A DNA stretch of 20,000 nt, from the IMG/VR virus record IMGVR_UViG_3300000117_000018, one strand, 5' to 3'. The stretch's first letter is position 1, and each line of letters opens with the position of its first letter. Shown here piece after piece: positions 9,028 to 16,029 of this stretch. Under the pieces are notes generated by a model. It was not told the origin of the DNA. It saw nothing but the letters and a program-made list of their open reading frames with translations, and searched no databases. This DNA comes from an uncultured virus (IMG/VR IMGVR_UViG_3300000117_000018) (lineage: Duplodnaviria > Heunggongvirae > Uroviricota > Caudoviricetes). The position numbers and the translations under genes were made by a program.

Positions 9028-9205
9028 ACGGCGAGAAGGGTACTATGATTACATGGTACGAAGGATGAGAGAAGAAGATGAGAAATGCAGAGCTAATTTG
9101 CCTATGTCTCCTTGGGAAGCTACTCGTAAAATTAAAGAACTTGAAAAACGAATTGAGGAATTAGAAAATGCCAACGTACACGTTTCGCAACAAGAAGACA
9201 GGTAA
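9020..9205 (+). CDS. Small hypothetical coiled-coil protein
   Basis: Likely start ATG 9020 (SD GGAG/GGTGG), MAERREGYYDYM... Confidence 0.6.
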   Translation: MAERREGYYDYMVRRMREEDEKCRANLPMSPWEATRKIKELEKRIEELENANVHVSQQEDR

Positions 9206-9395
9206 AGAATTCGACCATTTTGTAAAGATGGACGATAAAGAAGCATATATGAAAGAAAATAATCTAGAGCAGGTTATTACTGGACTTAATATGGTGCACC
9301 AACCTGGTAATAGAATTCCAGTTGATAATGGCTTTAGAGAAGTTCAAGATAAGATTGCCCAGACACACAAAGCGCATAATATGAATAGACATTAA
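9168..9395 (+). CDS. FmdB-like small protein (Cys-less zinc-ribbon relative)
   Basis: MPTYTFRNKKTGKEF N-terminus; positioned upstream of phoH as in other T4-like phages. Confidence 0.65.
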   Translation: MPTYTFRNKKTGKEFDHFVKMDDKEAYMKENNLEQVITGLNMVHQPGNRIPVDNGFREVQDKIAQTHKAHNMNRH

Positions 9396-9396
9396 A

Positions 9397-10080
9397 ATGG
9401 CTGCAAAAACATTAAAACTTCGTTTAGAAGATATGATGGAAGTAGATCCATTAACTCCTAATCAACGCAAAGCTTATGAGGCATACGAAGATGGCAACTC
9501 ACTCGTACTCGCTGGATCCGCAGGAACTGGCAAAACATTTATGGCGTTATCCCTGGCTCTTGAAGATGCACTTGACAAAGAAATGCAATATGACAAAGTA
9601 GTCATTATTCGTTCTATTGTACCTACAAGGGACATCGGATTTTTGCCGGGTGATGAAGAAGAAAAGAAAGACGCATATACTGGTCCTTATAGGTCTATTT
9701 GCGCTGAATTATTTAATGATGCCGATGCATGGATGAAACTTAAAAATGCAGGCACAATCAATTTCATGTCCACGTCTTTTATCCGTGGCTTGACTATCTC
9801 TAATGCTATTGTAGTATTAGATGAAATGCAAAACCTTACATTTCATGAGCTTGACTCTATTATTACTCGTGTGGGTGATAATTGCAGGTTCATTATGTGT
9901 GGTGATTACTACCAATCAGATTTTCAGAAAGAAGGAGACAAAGCTGGAATACTTAAATTTCTTTCTATCATAGAACAGCTCCGAGCATTTGAGACTGTAG
10001 AGTTTGGATGGGAAGACATTGTACGATCTGATTTCGTACGAGACTATATAATGACCAAGGAAATGTTGCAAATTAAATAG
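9397..10080 (+). CDS. phoH: PhoH-like ATPase
   Basis: GSAGTGKT Walker A, IGFLPG, FIRGLT, VLDEMQN, ITRVG, GDYYQSD, DIVRS motifs. Confidence 0.96.
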   Translation: MAAKTLKLRLEDMMEVDPLTPNQRKAYEAYEDGNSLVLAGSAGTGKTFMALSLALEDALDKEMQYDKVVIIRSIVPTRDIGFLPGDEEEKKDAYTGPYRSICAELFNDADAWMKLKNAGTINFMSTSFIRGLTISNAIVVLDEMQNLTFHELDSIITRVGDNCRFIMCGDYYQSDFQKEGDKAGILKFLSIIEQLRAFETVEFGWEDIVRSDFVRDYIMTKEMLQIK

Positions 10081-10091
10081 AGGATAAGAAA

Positions 10092-10250
10092 ATGGCTAAG
10101 TATCATAGGTGGAACCCAGATAATAAAAAAGCCGGCCGGAAAAAAACTAGATCAAAACTTGGATTGACTAGTAGACTACATAATATTATTAATAAAGATG
10201 AAAAAAACAATGAAAAAATTCGAACACTTAAATATCGACTTGGGCTATGA
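10092..10250 (+). CDS. Small basic hypothetical protein (52 aa; not in ORF track)
   Basis: SD AGGA; MAKYHRWNPDNKKAGRKKTRSKLGL...KYRLGL*. Confidence 0.6.
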   Translation: MAKYHRWNPDNKKAGRKKTRSKLGLTSRLHNIINKDEKNNEKIRTLKYRLGL

Positions 10251-10887
10251 GGATCTTTCTGCTGACACTACTGATAGCGGAAGAGTTTATACTACCCCCG
10301 ACGGTAAGTATCCTTCAATTACTACCGTTTTAAGTATACTATCTGAAGATGGTATTAGAGCATGGCGTGCCCGAGTAGGTGAAGAAGAAGCTAATAAGAT
10401 TAGCCGAGTAGCCGCTACTCGTGGCACTAATGTTCATGCCATTATTGAAAAATACTTAAACAATGAAGAGGATTATGCCGATGGATATTTACCGAACATC
10501 ATTGGAAACTTTAAAGATGTCCAACCTATTCTTGATAGCAAGATCGGTAGGATCTGTGCTCAAGAAGTACCTTTATATTCTAACCACCTACGGGTCGCTG
10601 GTAGAGTGGATTGTGTGGGCGAGTTTGATGGTACTCTTTCTATTATAGACTTTAAGACAAGTCGTAAGTTAAAAAAGAAAGAATGGATTGATGGGTATTT
10701 CATACAAGCTGCAGCTTATGCAATTATGTATGAAGAACGAACTGGTACACCGATAACTCAATTAGTAATTCTAATTGCAGTCGATAATGAATCACCACAG
10801 GTCTTTATTGAACACAGAGACAATTGGACCAAGAAACTTTTGGAGACTATTAAAGAGTATGAAACGCGAAAGCTCTTTGGCCGATAG
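10210..10887 (+). CDS. PD-(D/E)XK (RecB/Cas4-like) exonuclease
   Basis: YPSITTVLS, RGTNVH, AGRVDC, IIDFKTS, YFIQAAAYA motifs. Start 10198 or 10210. Confidence 0.88.
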   Translation: MKKFEHLNIDLGYEDLSADTTDSGRVYTTPDGKYPSITTVLSILSEDGIRAWRARVGEEEANKISRVAATRGTNVHAIIEKYLNNEEDYADGYLPNIIGNFKDVQPILDSKIGRICAQEVPLYSNHLRVAGRVDCVGEFDGTLSIIDFKTSRKLKKKEWIDGYFIQAAAYAIMYEERTGTPITQLVILIAVDNESPQVFIEHRDNWTKKLLETIKEYETRKLFGR

Positions 10888-11038
10888 AGCAAAACGGTCC
10901 CTCGACATTTGTTGTCAAACACTTTGTGATAAGGAATTAGTTGAGGAATACATTAAGCAACTTGAAGTTGAGGTTGCTCACTTAAGACAAGATAATGAAA
11001 ACTTAGAAGCTAAAATTAAAATTATTAGGGATTATTAG
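10859..11038 (+). CDS. Small coiled-coil hypothetical protein
   Basis: Likely start ATG 10859 (SD GGAG upstream); fills the gap to the next gene. Confidence 0.6.
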   Translation: MKRESSLADRAKRSLDICCQTLCDKELVEEYIKQLEVEVAHLRQDNENLEAKIKIIRDY

Positions 11039-11040
11039 CA

Positions 11041-11508
11041 ATGGATCAACTCAGCAAGAAGGTAAAAAAAATGGAATTAGGTAACCCGATTATAACAACT
11101 ATGGTAGGACTCGTAGTGTTCTATATAGGACTAAAAATGTTTTCTGGTGGAATGAAGTCAATGGGCAATATGGATCATTTGGCTTGGTTTACCGGCAATT
11201 ATATCTACATGTTTCTAGGTGGTATTGTTATGACACTATTGTGGCANTCNTCTAGTCTATCAACGACTGCNATTATTGCTCTTGTAGCATCAGGAGCTGT
11301 ACCACTTCCAGCGGCCATTGCTGCAGTACTTGGAGCAAACATTGGAACGACCGGCACTATTTGGATAGCCGGTCTTTTAGTATCTGATGGTATGCCTAAA
11401 GGTGATACATTAAGAATTGCAATTGCTCATAGTGGAGTGAACCTCTTTATGGCTGCAACTCTTTTACCTTTCGTACATCATATTGCTAGATTCCTAGGGA
11501 GATTCTAA
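11041..11508 (+). CDS. Na+/Pi cotransporter (SLC34/NptA family), single-repeat half-size form
   Basis: GLKMFSGGMK, LW(Q)SSSLSTT and GANIGTT signatures; highly hydrophobic. Start could be 11071. Confidence 0.85.
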   Translation: MDQLSKKVKKMELGNPIITTMVGLVVFYIGLKMFSGGMKSMGNMDHLAWFTGNYIYMFLGGIVMTLLWXXSSLSTTXIIALVASGAVPLPAAIAAVLGANIGTTGTIWIAGLLVSDGMPKGDTLRIAIAHSGVNLFMAATLLPFVHHIARFLGRF

Positions 11509-11548
11509 AAAAAAGTCAAATTAATTTCAACTTTTTATCTAACGTTTT

Positions 11549-11586
11549 CAATGGGTTAATAATTATTTTGTTAACCCATTGTTTTT
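11549..11586 (+). terminator. Stem-loop/terminator preceding an early promoter
   Basis: CAATGGGTTAA (11549-11559) / TTAACCCATTG (11571-11581) perfect inverted repeat followed by TTTTT. Confidence 0.7.
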
Positions 11587-11612
11587 ACAATAAATAAAAG
11601 TGCATTTTTTCC

Positions 11613-11669
11613 TTTACAAAGCCATTTTTTTATGATATAATATACTTATAAAATGGAAAAAGGAAGGAA
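11613..11669 (+). promoter_or_regulatory. Early promoter + conserved leader/SD cassette
   Basis: TTTACA (11613-11618)-N17-TATAAT (11636-11641), then ATACTTATAAAATGGAAAAAGGAAGGAA. Confidence 0.88.
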
Positions 11670-11676
11670 TACCAAA

Positions 11677-11952
11677 ATGAAAAATCTTAAAGCACTAATC
11701 GAATCTTACAAAAACGAAGCTAAAGATCCAGAGACAATTGAAATGGATATGGCTGATATGTATCTTGAAGATGCCAATGACGCTGAAGTTGTATATAACT
11801 TCACTACTGAAAGCAATGGTGTTAATATCCCAACTGCTGCAAAATACCTTAATGGTCTAGATACTATCGTTCGTGAAGCTATCTGTGTAGCGATTGCTGA
11901 AGATAAAGGTAACGACTTCTTGGTAGAAAACTTTGGATGGAGTGTAAAATAA
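11677..11952 (+). CDS. Hypothetical early protein
   Basis: ATG 11677 follows SD AGGAAGGA; in-frame upstream ATG at 11653. Confidence 0.75.
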   Translation: MKNLKALIESYKNEAKDPETIEMDMADMYLEDANDAEVVYNFTTESNGVNIPTAAKYLNGLDTIVREAICVAIAEDKGNDFLVENFGWSVK

Positions 11953-12113
11953 TGATTAGACTTTCTTTAGCAATTCTTTGCATGATCTTATCTGTTGGAG
12001 CTATTGACGGCCCAACTGGACATGAAAACGATAACTTTGGTTTGGCCTTTATGTTTGCCATTACTGGTTTAACACTAGGTATTTGGGCAATCTCAAGCAT
12101 GGGAGACAGATAA
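11952..12113 (+). CDS. Small two-TM membrane protein (53 aa; not in ORF track)
   Basis: MIRLSLAILCMILSVGAIDGPTGHENDNFGLAFMFAITGLTLGIWAISSMGDR*. TAATG coupling at both ends. Confidence 0.75.
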   Translation: MIRLSLAILCMILSVGAIDGPTGHENDNFGLAFMFAITGLTLGIWAISSMGDR

Positions 12114-12307
12114 TGCGTATTAAAGGTGCAATGACCAAATTGAAAAATGAGATGGAATTTTTAGGAATGTCTTTTGAAGAGCTTTTAGTTTTTATCGAAC
12201 GTAATCCATATGCTGTAAAGAACAGTACTATTGAAGCTTATGGCGTCTATAAAAATTATCAAAATAATGAAAAAAGTCCTTTACAATGGGCAAAAACTGT
12301 GTTATAA
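12113..12307 (+). CDS. Hypothetical protein
   Basis: SD GGGAG and TAATG overlap give start 12113 (MRIKGAMTKL...). Confidence 0.7.
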   Translation: MRIKGAMTKLKNEMEFLGMSFEELLVFIERNPYAVKNSTIEAYGVYKNYQNNEKSPLQWAKTVL

Positions 12308-12333
12308 TATATGTATAAAATGAAAAAAGGAAA
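12280..12333 (+). promoter_or_regulatory. Early promoter + conserved leader/SD cassette
   Basis: TTTACA (12280-12285)-N17-TATAAT (12303-12308), then ATATGTATAAAATGAAAAAAGGAAA. Confidence 0.88.
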
Positions 12334-12343
12334 ATATAATAAT

Positions 12344-12847
12344 ATGAGAACAATTTACTTAGATATGGACGGCGTTATCGCAAACTTCTTCAAATCCTTT
12401 GCGGATAAGAATAACGTTGATCATTGGAAATCAATCAAAGAAAAGGATAAGGCCTTAAACGAATTAGTCGGTACAGACTTCTTCTACCATATTCCTACCT
12501 TTGGTAATGAGTCTCGTAATATTGTAAATTTCGTTAAAGGAATTACAGAAGGTAACTGGGGTATTTGTTCTTCTCCACTTAGAGGAGATCATAACAACTC
12601 AGCTTACTGGAAACGTAGATGGCTTGAAGATAAAGGTTTCATGCCAGAAGTTGAGAATTGTATCTTTACTTCAAACAAACATAAGTATGCTATCAACCGT
12701 CTAACAGGATTACCAAATATTCTAATTGATGATAAGATTGATAACATTAAACGTTGGGAACAAGCTGGCGGTATCGGTATTCGCTTCCAGTGTGATAAAG
12801 ATGATGTTGTTGAATACCTTTTTGAGGAGATCACAAATGTATATTAA
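12344..12847 (+). CDS. HAD-family 5'(3')-deoxyribonucleotidase (NT5C-like)
   Basis: IYLDMDGVIANF motif I, ICSS motif II, K..W and NILIDD motif IV. Confidence 0.85.
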   Translation: MRTIYLDMDGVIANFFKSFADKNNVDHWKSIKEKDKALNELVGTDFFYHIPTFGNESRNIVNFVKGITEGNWGICSSPLRGDHNNSAYWKRRWLEDKGFMPEVENCIFTSNKHKYAINRLTGLPNILIDDKIDNIKRWEQAGGIGIRFQCDKDDVVEYLFEEITNVY

Positions 12848-13163
12848 AGAAAATAGAACTTCTTCTTATGTAGGAACCTTTGTTACATCTGATAAAGGTG
12901 ATATGGATAAACTGGCTGAACTTAGAAAGTCTGTTTCTCTTTTGAATAAGACAGATGCCTTTGGTCGTTATAACCATACAAGCTTTCCTAAGAAAAAACG
13001 TGTATGTGCTAAAGGCCGTAAGGCTATTGTTAAAATGAAAACAGCTGGTAGTAAAGGACCTGTTCAGTACGAGTGGGGTGGTAATATTGTTGGCGGTCTT
13101 AAAAATGCAGGCGAGTTTGACGTCTATATCTATGATGATCACTCAGCATACTGGAATGTATAA
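12837..13163 (+). CDS. Hypothetical protein
   Basis: SD GAGGAG before ATG 12837 (MYIKENRTSS...). Confidence 0.75.
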   Translation: MYIKENRTSSYVGTFVTSDKGDMDKLAELRKSVSLLNKTDAFGRYNHTSFPKKKRVCAKGRKAIVKMKTAGSKGPVQYEWGGNIVGGLKNAGEFDVYIYDDHSAYWNV

Positions 13164-13166
13164 ATA
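13159..13166 (+). promoter_or_regulatory. T4-type late promoter TATAAATA
   Basis: Exact consensus at a gene boundary heading the 13172-14603 run that ends in the endolysin. Confidence 0.75.
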
Positions 13167-13171
13167 AAGGT

Positions 13172-13435
13172 ATGAGTACAGATATTTTTGATTTTGGCTT
13201 TACAGCCGTAAACGAAGAAGAACTTAAGTCGGTGCAGCAAACAGCTGCACTGGCTAATGATGCTGAGCAATTGGCAACTACAACTCAAGAAAAACTAGAT
13301 AAGTTGTACAATGCTGTTCAGCCTCTATTGAATAACCTTAAAGCTAATCCAGATAAAGATTATATCTATTGGCCTCAAAGACTTGAAAAAGTAGAACAAT
13401 TCGAAGATCATATACAAGGGATTTATAATGGGTAA
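13172..13435 (+). CDS. Conserved T4-like phage hypothetical protein
   Basis: FDFGFTAV...PLLNNLKANPDKDYIYWP pattern. Confidence 0.8.
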   Translation: MSTDIFDFGFTAVNEEELKSVQQTAALANDAEQLATTTQEKLDKLYNAVQPLLNNLKANPDKDYIYWPQRLEKVEQFEDHIQGIYNG

Positions 13436-13694
13436 AAAAAAATCAAGGACGTCACAAACGTCTAAAGGTGAACGTAGCTCAGTAGCACGTTCTGTATTAA
13501 AAGCAGTTAGACTTCAAAAAGAAATCGACCAGCCTTTTCGTAAAATTCAAGCACAGCTAGAAGCATGGAAGCTAGGAAAGAATGTAGTTCTTACAATAGC
13601 TAATCCAAATAAAAAAGAAACAAATAAACCTTATATTAAAGTTCGTGCTTGGGACGCTTGGGGTAGTCCTCGAGGTCAGCAAAGCAAAGGTTAA
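13428..13694 (+). CDS. Basic hypothetical protein
   Basis: 88 aa ORF overlapping the previous stop; AWKLGKNVVLTIANPN. Confidence 0.75.
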   Translation: MGKKKSRTSQTSKGERSSVARSVLKAVRLQKEIDQPFRKIQAQLEAWKLGKNVVLTIANPNKKETNKPYIKVRAWDAWGSPRGQQSKG

Positions 13695-13698
13695 AATA

Positions 13699-14088
13699 AT
13701 GAAAAAACTACTAACAGTACTTGCACTAGTACCAGCACTTACCTTTGGTGGGATGCTGGCTTTTGCAGATAATCAGACAGATCAGTCTGATAAAGTAGAA
13801 GAAGAGTCACCTAAAGTTTATTGGACTCGTAAACCAATTCAATGTGGTCCACCTGAAGGTTTAATTGACCTAGTAAAAGGCTATGGAGAAACACCATTAC
13901 TTACTGCTAATGGTTTAGCTACAATGCCTTCAGGCAGTACTAAAAATGTTCAAATTGTATTTGCAGTTAATCCAGAAACAGGAAGTTGGACATTAATTGA
14001 AATCAATGACCCAGAGCAAGCATGCGTATTAGGAAGCGGTGAGGGTTATGAAGTTAATAAATTACCAAGCAAAAAGCAGGAAACATAA
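13699..14088 (+). CDS. Predicted exported protein with two Cys
   Basis: Signal-peptide-like MKKLLTVLALVPALTFGGMLAFA from ATG 13699; KPIQCG and ACVLGSG. Confidence 0.75.
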   Translation: MKKLLTVLALVPALTFGGMLAFADNQTDQSDKVEEESPKVYWTRKPIQCGPPEGLIDLVKGYGETPLLTANGLATMPSGSTKNVQIVFAVNPETGSWTLIEINDPEQACVLGSGEGYEVNKLPSKKQET

Positions 14089-14090
14089 AA

Positions 14091-14603
14091 ATGGCAGCAG
14101 AAAATTACGATAAGTGTCTAGAACTAATTCTTCACCACGAGGGTGGATATGTAAATCATCCTAAAGATCCTGGTGGAGAAACCAACCTAGGAGTAACCAA
14201 ACGTGTTTACGAAGAGTGGGGTGGCACAAAAGATATGGTAGATTTAACGGTAGAAGACGTTGCTCCTATCTACGAAAAAAATTACTGGGGACGCACAAAG
14301 TGCAATGATCTACCTAGTGGATTAGACCTATGTGTATTTGATTTTGCAGTAAATGCAGGTCCTGGCCGTGCAGCTAAGTATCTACAAGAAATGATTGGTA
14401 CCACAGTTGATGGTGGGATTGGTCCTAATACACTTCGCGCACTTGGTAACTATATTGAAAGCGAAGGTACAACTGCAGCTATTCAAAATTACCAAGCCAA
14501 ACGCCAAGAGTACTATGAAAGTCTAAGTACTTTTGAAACGTTTGGTCGTGGTTGGACTCGTCGTGTAGATGAAACTACTGAAGAAGCAATTGCTTTAATC
14601 TAA
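14091..14603 (+). CDS. Endolysin, glycoside hydrolase family 108 with C-terminal peptidoglycan-binding domain
   Basis: HEGGYVNHPKDPGGETNLGVT catalytic motif, FDFAVNAG, VDGGIGPNT, FGRGWTRR. Confidence 0.93.
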   Translation: MAAENYDKCLELILHHEGGYVNHPKDPGGETNLGVTKRVYEEWGGTKDMVDLTVEDVAPIYEKNYWGRTKCNDLPSGLDLCVFDFAVNAGPGRAAKYLQEMIGTTVDGGIGPNTLRALGNYIESEGTTAAIQNYQAKRQEYYESLSTFETFGRGWTRRVDETTEEAIALI

Positions 14604-14605
14604 AC

Positions 14606-15151
14606 TTATCTATTTGCTAATGGGTTATCTAAAGCTTTTGTAAGCTTGCTGTTCATACGATCTTCTAGATTTTGAACTTCTCGCTTAACATAACCTTCCA
14701 TACCAGTTACTTTATCGTTAAAACGATTATTGGCATCGTCGATCATATTACGAGTATCAGTTTTAGATCTATCCATTAGGTCTTGTGCTTCATCTTCGAC
14801 TTTGTCAATATCGTTTTCAACCTTATCTAAGATCTTTTCCATACGAACTAGATCTTCTCTTAGATCATGTTTTGTATCTCTCATAAAATCTACTTGTTCG
14901 CCAATTGAATCGCGAATGATAATTACTTCTTCTCTTGTTACCTTCATTTCTTCATGAAGAACTGCAAGATTTTTATCAAACTCTGATAGATCGGGTGCTA
15001 CATAGTTTTGGATTTGTTCTTTCATATCCATATAATCTTTGTAGAATTCAAAGCCTCCCCAGAGACCACCACCTAATGTTCCAATAAGCGGTAGGACAAG
15101 AAGTAGTTTAGATCCACCAACCTTTATTCCACCATATTCGATTTCAGCCAT
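14606..15151 (-). CDS. Membrane-anchored coiled-coil protein
   Basis: Gly-rich TM LLLVLPLIGTLGGGLWGGF followed by about 130 aa of heptad-like charged helix. Confidence 0.8.
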   Translation of the reverse strand: MAEIEYGGIKVGGSKLLLVLPLIGTLGGGLWGGFEFYKDYMDMKEQIQNYVAPDLSEFDKNLAVLHEEMKVTREEVIIIRDSIGEQVDFMRDTKHDLREDLVRMEKILDKVENDIDKVEDEAQDLMDRSKTDTRNMIDDANNRFNDKVTGMEGYVKREVQNLEDRMNSKLTKALDNPLANR

Positions 15152-15312
15152 TTATATCGTCCTTTTAATTCATTAATTTTTACATCCAGTTCATATGTAG
15201 CATTATCAGCTTCTAAACTAGATCTTTCTTCTATTTTGTCTTCAATCAGTGCTAACCAAATAAGCAGCCATGTAATGAGTGCAAGGGATAATATAAGCAT
15301 TATTATAAACAT
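15124..15312 (-). CDS. Small single-TM protein
   Basis: N-terminal 24 hydrophobic residues; TAATG coupling to the upstream gene. Confidence 0.65.
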   Translation of the reverse strand: MFIIMLILSLALITWLLIWLALIEDKIEERSSLEADNATYELDVKINELKGRYKWLKSNMVE

Positions 15313-15542
15313 TATTTATATATCCCATCGTTGTCTTTTATATAAACTGGCTTACAGTAAGCAGTAATTCTATCTTTTGGATCTACTCTACTTGTGTAGC
15401 TATAGTTACCATATTGCCTAGGCACAGCTTTTGCAAAATACTGGCATCGATCTATTGAGTAAAAGTATAATGGATTTGGTTGAACTTTTCTAAATTCACC
15501 AGTACCTAATACTACTACTAACATAAAAACATGCACCATCAT
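15312..15542 (-). CDS. Small hypothetical protein with two Cys
   Basis: 76 aa, hydrophobic N-terminus, abuts neighbours on both sides. Confidence 0.7.
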   Translation of the reverse strand: MMVHVFMLVVVLGTGEFRKVQPNPLYFYSIDRCQYFAKAVPRQYGNYSYTSRVDPKDRITAYCKPVYIKDNDGIYK

Positions 15543-16025
15543 CTACCATTTACCCTGTGCTGATCCAATAAAGTAAACTACTGCTGCAAGAGTAAGAACA
15601 ATAAGCATAATTGCACCACCTATAGTAATAGTCTCAATAAAGTCTTTTCTTAATTGTGCTTGCCTATAAACATTTTTTTCTCGTTGTTTAGCTATTTTAC
15701 GTCTCATTTCAGTAAGTTCATCCCAAGTACCATGTCCATATCTCCAATTAAGTATAGTCCTTAATTCTTTTTCCTGTTCTGCAATTTTCTTTTCATGCAT
15801 AAGTAAAGCAAGAGCTTCTTCCTCTACTGAACCTGCATTAAATAACTTTTTGAAAAGTGGAGGTTTCTTTTGCATTTGCTGACCTTTACGAAAGTCAGAA
15901 ACTGCTGTGTACCATTTCCCCATTTGACCGACAGTATTTTCGAAGTCTTGTCCTGCAGCAACAAATCGCTGTACTGTCTTATAAGCAGTAGTGGCCGCTG
16001 TGATAGCGGTAATTGGATCGATCAT
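15543..16025 (-). CDS. Hypothetical protein with C-terminal TM helix
   Basis: MIDPITAITAATTAY N-terminus, helical core, TM ITIGGAIMLIVLTLAAVVYFIG. Confidence 0.8.
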   Translation of the reverse strand: MIDPITAITAATTAYKTVQRFVAAGQDFENTVGQMGKWYTAVSDFRKGQQMQKKPPLFKKLFNAGSVEEEALALLMHEKKIAEQEKELRTILNWRYGHGTWDELTEMRRKIAKQREKNVYRQAQLRKDFIETITIGGAIMLIVLTLAAVVYFIGSAQGKW

Positions 16026-16029
16026 TTTT

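Noticed and set aside
10210..10887. Cas4-like nuclease as evidence of a CRISPR system
   Set aside because: No repeat-spacer array or other cas genes were seen; stand-alone PD-(D/E)XK exonucleases next to phoH are common in T4-like phages.
9300..11070. Pho box upstream of phoH or the Na/Pi transporter
   Set aside because: No convincing CTGTCAT-like tandem with 11-bp spacing was seen by eye.
5827..13142. Short antisense or off-frame ORFs (5827-6063, 8627-8848, 9049-9246, 10463-10648, 11879-12100, 12604-12834, 12831-13142)
   Set aside because: All overlap better-supported plus-strand genes.
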